A stretch of DNA of 64,000 nucleotides, from NCBI GenBank assembly GCA_021792255.1, contig JAJYUZ010000002.1, positions 96,001 through 160,000 on the forward strand, given 5' to 3'. The notes under the pieces were generated by a model. It was not told the origin of the DNA. It did no database searches and worked only from the letters and a program-made list of their open reading frames with translations. This document shows positions 49,197-58,904 of the stretch, piece by piece. The translations under genes and the position numbers were made by a program. How positions within the stretch are numbered: the stretch's first letter is position 1; every line of letters begins with the position of its first letter. The stretch is from Thermoplasmata archaeon (GTDB lineage Archaea > Thermoplasmatota > Thermoplasmata > Thermoplasmatales > GCA-001856825).

Positions 49197-50266
49197 CTAT
49201 GAGGGCAATTACAACAATTCCACCTGGAGGGGGAGTTAAGCTTTCGCAGGTGAACGAGGGAAGCAGTAGTGGTATTCGAATCAAGACACATCTCACAGGG
49301 ATCTGCGGAACGGACAAGGAAATTGCTGCTGGAAAATTGAAATTTGCAAGGCCAGAGGTCGGACAATCCTTGATTTTAGGACATGAGGCAGTCGGAATAG
49401 TTTCTGAGACATCAGATGATGCTGCTTTCAAAGAGGGGGATGTAGTGGTCCCAATCGTCAGAAGACCCGGCAAGTGCAGAATGTGCCAGCTAGGCAGGCA
49501 GGACTATTGTGAAGATGGAGATTTTGTTGAAGCTGGAATCAGAGGCAAGAATGGCTTTATGCGAGACGAATTTGTGGAAAATGCAGAATACCTTGTCAAA
49601 GTCGACAATGCAGGTATCCTCGATCTTGCCGTGCTCACGGAACCATTAAAAAATGTAATGAAAATGAAGGAGATTTTCCAGTTTCTCAGGCTCAGAATTC
49701 CGTGGTACTGCAGCGACTCGACCCTCTCTTGCAAGAATATGTATGTGTTCGGAACGGGTACTGAAGGTCTACTGATTTCCACGGTCTTTAAGGAACTGGG
49801 CATGAACGTGGTAGAAGTCAATAGACATCCTCTTGGAGAGAACGTACTTAATTACCTGGAGAATAATAAGATTGAATATTTGGACACGTCTGCAGAAAAA
49901 CTGGATAGAAGGGTCAAGGAGTTCTCGATGGATGCTGCGGTAGACGCAGTGGGTGCAATGGACGTGTTCAAGGAAATCACTGACAACATTAACAGCAACG
50001 GAATTGCCTTAATGTTCGGAACTAGCGGTCAGCTTCCTTCATCAAACTACGAGGTTCTTGAAAGCATTGTGGATAAAAACGTAGCTATTGTGGGTAGCGT
50101 CGACGGTGCAAAGATCCACTACTCGGAGGCCATAAATTTCTTAGAGGCTCACGGCAAAGGAATGCATATGGAAAAATTAATCACGGGAAAGTACGAGCCT
50201 GAAGATTTGAAAGTGTTTACAGAAAGAGAGAAAGGGGAGATAAAAAAGGTAATAGCCTGGTCGTGA
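49193..50266 (+). CDS. gdh: Glucose 1-dehydrogenase (Zn-dependent MDR)
   Basis: GICGTD, LGHEA, VRRP..C..C..GRQDYC, EAGI.G..GFM, EPL.N, GSV. Confidence 0.88.
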   Translation: MTMRAITTIPPGGGVKLSQVNEGSSSGIRIKTHLTGICGTDKEIAAGKLKFARPEVGQSLILGHEAVGIVSETSDDAAFKEGDVVVPIVRRPGKCRMCQLGRQDYCEDGDFVEAGIRGKNGFMRDEFVENAEYLVKVDNAGILDLAVLTEPLKNVMKMKEIFQFLRLRIPWYCSDSTLSCKNMYVFGTGTEGLLISTVFKELGMNVVEVNRHPLGENVLNYLENNKIEYLDTSAEKLDRRVKEFSMDAAVDAVGAMDVFKEITDNINSNGIALMFGTSGQLPSSNYEVLESIVDKNVAIVGSVDGAKIHYSEAINFLEAHGKGMHMEKLITGKYEPEDLKVFTEREKGEIKKVIAWS

Positions 50267-50288
50267 TACACGCACCAGGAGCTAAAGC

Positions 50289-51473
50289 TTGAAGAGTGGT
50301 CTTCGAAACATCTACATCTATACTTTCTTTTATTCATTCCTCCTTTTAAATCCCGTCTGGGTGTTGTATCTTCTCGACATCGGCTACAGCATCTTTTACG
50401 TGACAGTACTGGACGTGGTATTCTACCTCTCGATCGTTCTTACGAGTATCCCAATGGGAAGAATCACCGATTCAATAGGTAGAAGAAATGCCCTCTTTAT
50501 ATCTTCAATTTTGACAGGTATAGGCATATTATTCTTTGGTCTATTCCAGTCATTTATCGGAATCGCAATCAGTTACATAGTATGGGGCGTGGGGGTCTCT
50601 ATAAATTCTAGCGCCCTCGAAAGCGTAAGTTATGAATACTCCACTTCTCACAACTTGAAGTATCTGCAGATTACTGGTGCGGTCAACTTTCTCTCAGCGC
50701 TATCGGTTGCAGTTGCATCTCTCTTGGGTGGGTACATCGGAGAGTACATAAGCTTGAGGATCGTCATATTCATAACGGCCCTTCTCGTGATATTCTCGTC
50801 GGTATACACTCTTAAACTGAGGGAGCGGAAACGTGAAAGGTCATTCAGCAAACTTTCCTTAAAGCTGGGAAATTACGTCAAGGATCGAAGGATAATGAGC
50901 ATAATATTGCTCCGTGTCGCATTGCTGCTAAACATCAATATGATGCTAATTTTCAAGCAACCATACTACAAAGAAATGGGAATAGGAACAGGATTGATAG
51001 GAGTGATTTTCTTTGTCGATGTATTGTCGAGAGGGATTGCATCTTTCAATACTCAAAGATTTGCATTCATTGCAAAGAATAGATTTTTTGCAATGTTATT
51101 TTTCACCTCGCTGACGTTCTTCACCATATACATCCCTAGTCTTATTGAAAATTTCTTCTCGCTTCTCTTTCTGATATTTAATTCTGTGATATTCGGATTT
51201 TATTCTAACATATTGAGTGAAGAAGTCAATAACCTAGTGCCTTCCGAGATCAGGGCAACGGTCCTATCTGTCATATTCCTGGTCAGCGCCCTTCTCACTG
51301 CATTGGCCGAGCCTTTTCTGGGATATTCCGCATCGGTGATAGGCTTAGAGAAAACCCTCCTTATATTCAGCGTGGTATTCCTAATCATATCTACGACAGC
51401 GATTTTCATTCACATAATGGGTAAAGAGAATGGGGAATTCAAAATAATCATCGGCAACAATAGAGGAAGTTAG
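50289..51473 (+). CDS. MFS transporter
   Basis: About 12 TM helices, G.ITD.IGRR motif A, PSEIRAT..S. Confidence 0.85.
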   Translation: MKSGLRNIYIYTFFYSFLLLNPVWVLYLLDIGYSIFYVTVLDVVFYLSIVLTSIPMGRITDSIGRRNALFISSILTGIGILFFGLFQSFIGIAISYIVWGVGVSINSSALESVSYEYSTSHNLKYLQITGAVNFLSALSVAVASLLGGYIGEYISLRIVIFITALLVIFSSVYTLKLRERKRERSFSKLSLKLGNYVKDRRIMSIILLRVALLLNINMMLIFKQPYYKEMGIGTGLIGVIFFVDVLSRGIASFNTQRFAFIAKNRFFAMLFFTSLTFFTIYIPSLIENFFSLLFLIFNSVIFGFYSNILSEEVNNLVPSEIRATVLSVIFLVSALLTALAEPFLGYSASVIGLEKTLLIFSVVFLIISTTAIFIHIMGKENGEFKIIIGNNRGS

Positions 51474-52015
51474 AGATCTGTAATGGCGAATGCACGCTTT
51501 CTGATCTGGTCGAGGATAGTGTCATTTAATGGATATGAAAATTCCCACGAGCTTGCTTCCATTATGAAACGCTCAAGCACATTCCGAGCTTCCACGAATA
51601 TTCTACGGGAATTGGATTCGTGGCTCATTTGGAAATGGACCATAGAAACACAGAGTAAGATTACTCCGTGATAGAATGTTTTCAGATCTCCATTGTAGTG
51701 TCTCCAAAAATCTTCGAATATTTCATGAGCCAGCCAATACTTCTCTTCCTCCATTGAACCAAACCCTTCCATAATTCCTCTCTCAATCTCTTTTGGTCCG
51801 TTCAGAGGAACGGTTTCTCCTCTTCTGAATATGCAAAGTTCGTAGAATTCACCAGCATTCGCAATGTGCTCCAGCCCTTCATTCACACTGAGAAACCTCA
51901 GGTCGACTTCCATCGAACGGACGCCAATTCTTATGATCTGGGTTCCATCCTGACGAAACCTAACCTGACTCCCTTTCTGGGCGAAGAGTAATATCCTAGT
52001 ATTCCAGTCAAACAC
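51470..52015 (-). CDS. DUF309-like protein
   Basis: YW.AHE.FE..W, Y.G.I...V..VH. Confidence 0.7.
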   Translation of the reverse strand: MFDWNTRILLFAQKGSQVRFRQDGTQIIRIGVRSMEVDLRFLSVNEGLEHIANAGEFYELCIFRRGETVPLNGPKEIERGIMEGFGSMEEEKYWLAHEIFEDFWRHYNGDLKTFYHGVILLCVSMVHFQMSHESNSRRIFVEARNVLERFIMEASSWEFSYPLNDTILDQIRKRAFAITDL

Positions 52016-52140
52016 TGCCAGATGATATCAAATCTCGGCTTAAGAATAGCACTGAGGGTCGGAAATGATGGCCGCGCGTACAGATCGGGAGTTCCCAGGG
52101 ACAAAAAGGAATTGTACAAGTCACCAATATAATACAATCC

Positions 52141-52668
52141 ATGAAGAGACAGGAAACCACTAAACGAAAAGAAGTGAAGGTTAGGATAACTGGTCTTCCC
52201 TCGGATAGGTGGGAGGACTTTAAGAAGCTGAGATTAGAGAGTCTGAAGTCAGATCCCTTGGCATTCCTGAGCTCGTACGAAGAGGAAGTGGATTTTGAAA
52301 AGGAAGTCTGGCAGGGCAGAATTAAGAATGTAATCTTTGCGGTTGTCAAGAATGAACCGATTGGAATGATGACTTTCATACTGAGGAACAGAAAAAAGAA
52401 CGATCACGTAGCAGACATTTTTGCAGTGTATGTAAGCAGGAAGTACAGAGGCATAGGGATAGGAGACAGACTACTCAAAAGGGCCATTCATCTGCTCAAG
52501 AAAAATTCCGACATCTCTAAGATCTCGCTAGGGGTTTGCGTGGAACAAACGCCTGCCGTAAACCTGTATCTCAAGAACAAGTTCAAGGTAGTAGGAGTTC
52601 TAGAAAAAGAGATGAAAGTCGACGGTAATTTTTACGACGAACTGATAATGGAACGCTCCTTGATGTGA
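52141..52668 (+). CDS. GNAT N-acetyltransferase
   Basis: LRLESL..DP.AF, VYV...YRG.GIG, A..LY...F. Confidence 0.88.
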   Translation: MKRQETTKRKEVKVRITGLPSDRWEDFKKLRLESLKSDPLAFLSSYEEEVDFEKEVWQGRIKNVIFAVVKNEPIGMMTFILRNRKKNDHVADIFAVYVSRKYRGIGIGDRLLKRAIHLLKKNSDISKISLGVCVEQTPAVNLYLKNKFKVVGVLEKEMKVDGNFYDELIMERSLM

Positions 52669-52688
52669 ACAGTGAGGGCCCGTCCAGA

Positions 52689-52772
52689 CGCCGTGGGGGA
52701 GATTTGAACTCCCGACCCCGTAAGGAGACCAGATCTCAAGTCTGGCGCGTTAGGCCGCTTCGCTACCACGGC
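52689..52772 (-). tRNA. tRNA-Ser(TGA), no intron, CCA not encoded
   Basis: Acceptor GCCGTGG/CCACGGC, discriminator G, anticodon arm CCAGA-CTTGAGA-TCTGG, long variable arm, TTCAAAT T-loop. Confidence 0.95.
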
Positions 52773-52810
52773 TCAACCATTAATAACACGGTTGATATAG
52801 CTTTTTACGA

Positions 52811-53809
52811 ATGGATTTTCCTGCAGTTTTGAGGAGAATAAAAGAGGACGAACGGTACAAGGCAGCCAAGTCTGTAGCTGTTCAGCTCCCTGAGGGGATG
52901 AAGAGGGGTATAGGAGATATAACTCGAGAATTGAATGACAAGGAGCTGATATTCATCGGCGATCCCTTTTGGGGGGCATGCGATATACCTCAAGACGTCA
53001 AATGGGACTTGTTGATTCAGTTTGGCCATAGTCCAATTCCCAATCTTGGCTCATTTCCAAACGTCATTTTTGAAGAAATTCAGGACGATATGGATTTTGA
53101 CGTTGAGCCTGAGAAGATTCCCTTTAAATCACTCATACTGACTTCCAACGTGACTTACTCGAATCAGCTCCCACGAATAAAGAAGAAGCTCGAAGAATCT
53201 GGGATTGCTGTAACTCTTAGAAGAGGGGATTCAAGGGTATTTTATCCAGGTCAAATCTTGGGATGTAACATTTCGACCGCGAGAGGTATTGAGGAGAACG
53301 TCTTCTTCATAGGAGAAGGGATATTTCACCCCCTGGGAATCTCACTAGGGTTGCCCGAAAAAAAGGTACTGTCCTTCAACCCGAAAACTGGAGAATACTT
53401 GGACATGGAAAAGGAAAAGAGAAAGTTTCTCAGGCAGAGGTACAACGCTATAGACGAGGCCTCTAGGGCAAAGAAATTTGGTATAATCGTATCGACAAAA
53501 ATCGGTCAGACTAGATACTCGCTTGCTAGAGTTGCGTTTAATCTATTAAGGGAATCGGGCAGATCCCCATTCATGATAACTCTAGATCTTGTCCGGAATG
53601 AAGAACTGCTGAACTTCCCTGCAGACGTGTATGTGAACACAGCATGCCCCAGGGTTACAGTCGAAGATTACGGTACTTTTTCAAGACCAGTTATAACGTT
53701 CTACGAGCTTCAGATGGCGCTCGGACTCAAAGATAAAAGCAGATATATATTTGATGAAATTGTTATGACTGATGAAATTGGCAGTTCTAGTTTCCGGAAA
53801 CGGAACTAA
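52811..53809 (+). CDS. dph2: Diphthamide biosynthesis enzyme Dph2
   Basis: QLPEG.K, WGACD, GHS, GQILGC, G.FH, K.GQ, TACPR. Confidence 0.93.
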   Translation: MDFPAVLRRIKEDERYKAAKSVAVQLPEGMKRGIGDITRELNDKELIFIGDPFWGACDIPQDVKWDLLIQFGHSPIPNLGSFPNVIFEEIQDDMDFDVEPEKIPFKSLILTSNVTYSNQLPRIKKKLEESGIAVTLRRGDSRVFYPGQILGCNISTARGIEENVFFIGEGIFHPLGISLGLPEKKVLSFNPKTGEYLDMEKEKRKFLRQRYNAIDEASRAKKFGIIVSTKIGQTRYSLARVAFNLLRESGRSPFMITLDLVRNEELLNFPADVYVNTACPRVTVEDYGTFSRPVITFYELQMALGLKDKSRYIFDEIVMTDEIGSSSFRKRN

Positions 53810-54359
53810 TCTCCAATCCATAATCGATGCCATTAAGGAGGGTTACATTTCAGGAGTCAGTATATCGTATGTTGTTTCCAGCAGTCCTGAGGCTTATGCA
53901 CTGAAGAGAGCGGAACAAAATGGCATACGCTCCATGACCGTCGAGAAGAAGAGGATGGTTGAATTTCTGAGCCCAATTTTCGAGGAGGTAGACCTAATAG
54001 TGCTGGCAGGCTTTCTTTGGATCATTCCAGAGGTCCTGCTGGGCATTAAGCCCATTATTAATGTCCACCCCTCTCTCCTTCCCCTCTTTGGAGGCAAAGG
54101 AATGTATGGAACGAAAGTGAGTAAGGCGGTACTGAACAGCGGAATGAGGATCTCAGGATCAACTGTTCACTTGGTAACGAACGACATCGACGGTGGACCT
54201 ATAATAATGCAAAGATGCCTGGAGGTGAGGGACGACGACACCCCAGAATCGCTCTTAGATAGAACACATCCGTTGGAACACCAAATCTTAGTGGAAGTTA
54301 TTAAGCAAATGAGCGAAAAGAAATATAAAATAGAAGGGAAAAGAGTGATCTTTCCCTAG
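53772..54359 (+). CDS. purN: Phosphoribosylglycinamide formyltransferase
   Basis: VSGNGTNLQ, LAGF, NVHPSLLP, G.TVH, D.GPII.Q, EH. Confidence 0.95.
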   Translation: MKLAVLVSGNGTNLQSIIDAIKEGYISGVSISYVVSSSPEAYALKRAEQNGIRSMTVEKKRMVEFLSPIFEEVDLIVLAGFLWIIPEVLLGIKPIINVHPSLLPLFGGKGMYGTKVSKAVLNSGMRISGSTVHLVTNDIDGGPIIMQRCLEVRDDDTPESLLDRTHPLEHQILVEVIKQMSEKKYKIEGKRVIFP

Positions 54360-54360
54360 T

Positions 54361-56103
54361 TTATGCCAGTTTTCTTCCGACAGATTTCTCGTAGTACGCT
54401 ATTACCTGTGCCTTTTCCTGGTCTGAGTACTTCCTGATGAATTTCTCTTCCTTCAGGGTTCTTCCCGTTTTCTCTTCGTAGACTTTTGGTTCCATCGAGA
54501 ATCTTCTTTGAGTCGCATCTCTATATAGTTCAGGAATAACGTTAAAAGCGCAGAATGGTACTACCTTTCCGTCAGGCATCGCGTAGTGGATATCGCATCT
54601 CTCGACCCTGTCGACGTCATAGGTGTAAGGATCCATGAAGTGCATGAATCCTACGAACATTGAGTTGTAGTGGAATGCCTTCAGTCCGTGGTAGTCTCCG
54701 CCCGTGAACGCTCCAAATATCATTTCTCTCATCTTGAAACCTTCTGGCGCGTTCTTCTCGTCCACGAATGTGTTGAGCTTCCTCAGAAGCGTTGTGAGTG
54801 CTGATGCTTTTTTGAGTGCTTTGACCCTCGATTCGTTGATGTCCGTAGATAGTTCGTTCAGATATTCGAACAATCCTTCCACATCGATGAACCTGGTGAC
54901 TGGAATGATCGATCCATCTGGCTTCTTAAAGATGTACGTACCCATACCGCAGGCGAAGTGGATGCTCAGTCTGTAGGTTGGTTTTCCCTTCAGTGCCTCT
55001 ACAAAGTTGGTAACGGCCGTCGTGCTGGGGACTGTGAAGAAATCCTCTCTCCCTATAGCGCCATCGGTCTGTGCTTCTATTTTCTTGATGCAGCCTGGAA
55101 TAGTGACTCTCTGTCTCTCCCTAAGCTTGTCGGGCATTCTTCCCACCAGGGAAACTGGTTGGAAGTTGACGCTCCTTACAACATCTAGGTTGGAAAGACC
55201 GAACTTTATGATGTCTCCAAGTTCTCCATCGTTAACTCCTCCTATCACCGTGGGCACAAGGACCACACCAACGTTGACTTTTCTATAGGTGTTTAGCGCT
55301 TCAGGTATTTCCCAGAAGTTCTTCGGGTTTGATCTTGGCGTCACACCATCGAAGCTTGTGTAGATTACGTTCGATCCGGCATCGCGGCACTTCTGAATGA
55401 AATCAGGATCCTTGGAAGCCCTAATGCTGTTTGTGTTCAGCTGTACGTGCTCATATCCTTCTTCCCTTGCAATCTTTATGATTTCAGGAAGATCGTCCCT
55501 CATTGTCGGCTCTCCTCCAGTCAGCTGGACTGCATTAGCGCCTACGGGCTTCTCGTTTCTCATTCTTCTGAGCATCATCCTAATTTGATCGTGCGTTGGT
55601 TCGTAAATCGGGTCGTTCTCTTTGGCGTAGAAGAAACAATACCAACACGAAAGGTCACATCTATTCGTAAGAACCACGTTTCCAAGACCGGTATGGCTCT
55701 TGTGTTTAACGCAAAGACCGCAGTGAGTCGGGCAATTAATCTTCTCCGCTGCGAGGCTGATATTAGGGTTTTCGAGCTTGATACCCTTGTCCAACCATTT
55801 CTTTGCCTTCATGTACATGTCATAATCTTCCCAATACTTTTCCTTGGTAACTCCGTGTTCAGGGCACTCCTTTATCATTTTGACTTCTCCGCCTTCCGCA
55901 TAAACAAGGGCGGGTATTTTCATTCTGTCAAATTTGTTCTCGGCTGCGCACTCAGGGCACAGAGATGCAGTTACTCTAATAGCTAACATTCCAGGGTTAA
56001 TCAAATGACCAAACTTCTCGTAGACTTCGTCCAAATTTTTCATCTTTGCGTTTGGACTTATTTCGAACTCAGGAGATAGTATGGATTCGAATGCTTGATC
56101 CAT
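54361..56103 (-). CDS. tes: Tetraether lipid synthase (Tes/GDGT-MAS), radical SAM
   Basis: N-terminal CPEC...CPEHG, CP..CGLC..H.SHT, radical SAM TNRCDLSCWYC, NFQPVS, C-terminal MHFMD...D..R...C.IHY..PDG..PFC. Confidence 0.85.
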   Translation of the reverse strand: MDQAFESILSPEFEISPNAKMKNLDEVYEKFGHLINPGMLAIRVTASLCPECAAENKFDRMKIPALVYAEGGEVKMIKECPEHGVTKEKYWEDYDMYMKAKKWLDKGIKLENPNISLAAEKINCPTHCGLCVKHKSHTGLGNVVLTNRCDLSCWYCFFYAKENDPIYEPTHDQIRMMLRRMRNEKPVGANAVQLTGGEPTMRDDLPEIIKIAREEGYEHVQLNTNSIRASKDPDFIQKCRDAGSNVIYTSFDGVTPRSNPKNFWEIPEALNTYRKVNVGVVLVPTVIGGVNDGELGDIIKFGLSNLDVVRSVNFQPVSLVGRMPDKLRERQRVTIPGCIKKIEAQTDGAIGREDFFTVPSTTAVTNFVEALKGKPTYRLSIHFACGMGTYIFKKPDGSIIPVTRFIDVEGLFEYLNELSTDINESRVKALKKASALTTLLRKLNTFVDEKNAPEGFKMREMIFGAFTGGDYHGLKAFHYNSMFVGFMHFMDPYTYDVDRVERCDIHYAMPDGKVVPFCAFNVIPELYRDATQRRFSMEPKVYEEKTGRTLKEEKFIRKYSDQEKAQVIAYYEKSVGRKLA

Positions 56104-56427
56104 AGCGCTACGAATGGTGACCCTATTAAAGAGCTTTTGTATTTACCGCAACTAAGAAACTCGAGATTGTCTCTCTAGAAGCTAACAATTGAAATATTTA
56201 TAGTAGCATTTATTAAATTCATAAGAAATCGGCATTAGGAGCAGAGTGATGTGGTACAGACGCCACTGGTTTGAGTGCTGTACAAGTGCTCAAATTATCA
56301 GAGCTTGGAATCAGCAATATATAAACAGGGAGCATTTTAGTCAAATCCAAACCTCTCATAAATTAGCTTCAAAAGAAGAAGAATTATAATATAAACACAT
56401 TGAAATATAAGATGACAATCTAATGTA

Positions 56428-57378
56428 GTGGAAATAAGGAAAATTCAGAAAACTGGTGGTAGCACATTGGTCGTTTCTCTTCCAAAAGTGTGGTGTCAAA
56501 ACTTTGATCTAAAGGTTGGTTCGAAGGTCATGCTCAACTATAACGAAAAGGGAGGGATAATTATGGAACCCTTCGACAGGGCCCAGTCTAACATTACCGC
56601 AATAATTGATATCAAGAAAGACTCGGAGATGGAAAACGATCTAAGGATGTTGATATCAAAATACATCCAAGGAGTGAAGAAGATAAACATACGATCAGAG
56701 GACAAGAAGGCGATGGACGATGTAATAAAGCGGTTCTTGGAATTTACGATAGGATTTGAGATAACGGATGAGAAGGGAAATGAGGTGGTCATGGAGGACT
56801 TGATCTCGCTTCCAATGCTCACATTTGACAAGGCAATGAGGAGGATGGTGACCCTAGTGCGGAGCATAGTCACAGAATCAATCAGCGACGAGAAGATTCC
56901 ACTTGAGTACGTGCTGCAGAAGGAGGATGAGGTCGATAAATTTAACATCTACATACAGAGACTCTTCAGTCAGAGTCTAAAAGACTATTCTGTCCTACAA
57001 CTCAATAAGATATCATCATCGGAAGCTCTCGCCTACCTGCTTATATCGAGAATACTAGAAAGAATGGCCGATCACGGTGTGAGAATATACCGTCTTCTTG
57101 GTGAAAAGAAACTGAACAATACAGACATTAAGAATTATATCAAGGCGGCTACGGAAATAATGGGAAGGTCAATGGAATATTTCTTCAAGAAAGATGTCAG
57201 TAGCTCAAATGCAGAAATATCTAAGAAAGATTACTTCAAGAGCGAAAGAGAGGTCATTAATCGCTCTCTAAGAGGTACTGTAGATGGCATAATTCTAGCG
57301 GAAGTACTTGAAGATGCAGAGAGGATCGCCCTTTACTCTACCGATATATGCGAACTGGTAATGGACTATTATGAATAA
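56428..57378 (+). CDS. AbrB-PhoU phosphate uptake regulator
   Basis: RKIQKTGGST..VSLPK.W, EDEVD, LERMADH, ERIA. Confidence 0.88.
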   Translation: MEIRKIQKTGGSTLVVSLPKVWCQNFDLKVGSKVMLNYNEKGGIIMEPFDRAQSNITAIIDIKKDSEMENDLRMLISKYIQGVKKINIRSEDKKAMDDVIKRFLEFTIGFEITDEKGNEVVMEDLISLPMLTFDKAMRRMVTLVRSIVTESISDEKIPLEYVLQKEDEVDKFNIYIQRLFSQSLKDYSVLQLNKISSSEALAYLLISRILERMADHGVRIYRLLGEKKLNNTDIKNYIKAATEIMGRSMEYFFKKDVSSSNAEISKKDYFKSEREVINRSLRGTVDGIILAEVLEDAERIALYSTDICELVMDYYE

Positions 57379-57387
57379 TTCTAGGAC

Positions 57388-57399
57388 TTTTTTTTGTTT
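57388..57399 (+). terminator. Probable oligo-T terminator after the PhoU-family gene
   Basis: T8 run 9 nt after the stop codon. Confidence 0.45.
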
Positions 57400-57426
57400 G
57401 ATACGAGAAGAATGGGGTGATAAGTT

Positions 57427-58368
57427 TTGAAGCAAAACACGAGAAGGACTAGAGTGAAGACTGGAACGAATTACATATTTGAGAAAGGGCAATCGGATGC
57501 AAGCGAGCTGAGACGGCTCATCTCAAAGGGAATAGTCGTAGCACCTGGAGTTTTTAACGGGATTAGCGCTCTTGTTGCGGAGAATCACGGATTCAGAGCG
57601 TTGTATCTGTCTGGTTCTGGAATAGCAGGAAGCATGGGGCTCCCCGATCTTTCGCTCACTAGCCTCAACGAGGTAGTGGAGGAAACGAGAAGGATAAAAC
57701 TGGTGTCAGCTCTTCCTCTGATTGTGGATGTGGACACAGGATTTGGAGAAGTCTTGAACGTTGAGAGAACGGTGAGGGAAATCGAACGGGCGGGCGCTTC
57801 TGCCATACACATGGAAGATCAGATATTACCCAAGAAATGCGGTCATCTGGAAGGAAAGAAGTTGGTAGCCGCTGAGGAGATGATAGAGAAGATTCAGGCG
57901 GCTAGTAAATCTAGAATGAATAAAGACTTCACGATAATAGCGAGAACGGATGCAAGGAGTGTAGAAGGAATCGATGCTGCAATTGAAAGAGCTAGACTAT
58001 ACCTAAGAGCGGGAGCTGACGGAATATTTCCGGAAGCACTAGAGTCAAAGGAGGAATTCAAAGAATTCTCGCAGAAAGTCAATGGAATTCTGATGGCAAA
58101 CATGACAGAATATGGAAGAAGTCCTCTACTCTCAGTTGACGAGCTCGAGAAACTTGGCTACAGCATTGTTATTTTTCCCTTAACTGCTTTCAGAGGTGCA
58201 CTCAAAAAAATGGATGAAATCTATTCTAATCTGGCAAAGAATGGAACTCAGAGAAATATGCTAAACGAAATAATGACACGAAAAGATTACTACGAACTGA
58301 TAAACTACTCGTCGTATGAGCTCGAGGATAAGAAACTCAAAGAGAAATCTACAAAAATAATGGAGTGA
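57427..58368 (+). CDS. prpB: 2-methylisocitrate lyase
   Basis: YLSG, G.PDL, VD.DTGFG, EDQ..PKKCGH, ARTDA, ANMTE.G. Confidence 0.88.
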   Translation: MKQNTRRTRVKTGTNYIFEKGQSDASELRRLISKGIVVAPGVFNGISALVAENHGFRALYLSGSGIAGSMGLPDLSLTSLNEVVEETRRIKLVSALPLIVDVDTGFGEVLNVERTVREIERAGASAIHMEDQILPKKCGHLEGKKLVAAEEMIEKIQAASKSRMNKDFTIIARTDARSVEGIDAAIERARLYLRAGADGIFPEALESKEEFKEFSQKVNGILMANMTEYGRSPLLSVDELEKLGYSIVIFPLTAFRGALKKMDEIYSNLAKNGTQRNMLNEIMTRKDYYELINYSSYELEDKKLKEKSTKIME

Positions 58369-58379
58369 TTACTCTTTCT

Positions 58380-58451
58380 GGGCCGGTAGATCAGCGGAAG
58401 ATCGCCTGCTTCGCAAGCAGGAGGTCTCGGGTTCAAATCCCGACCGGTCCA
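58380..58451 (+). tRNA. tRNA-Ala(CGC), CCA not encoded
   Basis: GGGCCGG/CCGGTCC acceptor with G3:U70, anticodon arm CCTGC-TTCGCAA-GCAGG, GGTTCAAATCC T-arm. Confidence 0.95.
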
Positions 58452-58454
58452 TAG

Positions 58455-58904
58455 CTACGCAATTTTCTTTCCCTTTGAACTAATTTTTGACGCGTTGAGA
58501 ACAATTGCTTCTTTAATTAATGCAATTAGAGCGGATACATTCAGGGCGTCCGTTTCATGAAAATCAACGGCACGAACAGTTTTGCTGTCCAGACGTGAGT
58601 TAAAGAGTTTCATTGGATCTGCTATTGTCGCACCTCTTGGAAATGTTAGCCTGACTGCATTCTTGAGTATGTTTGCAATGCAAACTATTCCGTTGCTAGA
58701 CCAGACGGGGACGCCTTCTGGGCAAGAAGGTTTCTTCCACTTCACCTCTTCGACTATTGAAGTATCGACTTTCATTATGACTGTGCGCAGTTGCGATAAT
58801 TTCTTTCCTCGCCAATTATTCGCTTCATTGATTATCTCATCTATCTGCCGTGAAGGGGACTTCTCTTCACTTGAAGAATTTGTGCCTTTCGTCATCTTCA
58901 CCAT
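58455..58904 (-). CDS. DUF1801 (YdhG-like) protein
   Basis: WRG..L..LR..I, EEVKW....GVPVW, LTF..GA...DP..LFN. Confidence 0.85.
   Translation of the reverse strand: MVKMTKGTNSSSEEKSPSRQIDEIINEANNWRGKKLSQLRTVIMKVDTSIVEEVKWKKPSCPEGVPVWSSNGIVCIANILKNAVRLTFPRGATIADPMKLFNSRLDSKTVRAVDFHETDALNVSALIALIKEAIVLNASKISSKGKKIA

Noticed and set aside
52085-52094. tcgggagttc matching the tRNA-Ser T-arm as a possible att site
   Set aside because: Only 10 bp and in inverted orientation; compatible with chance.
55447-55986. 179-aa plus-strand ORF
   Set aside because: Antisense to tes, with no protein-like motifs.
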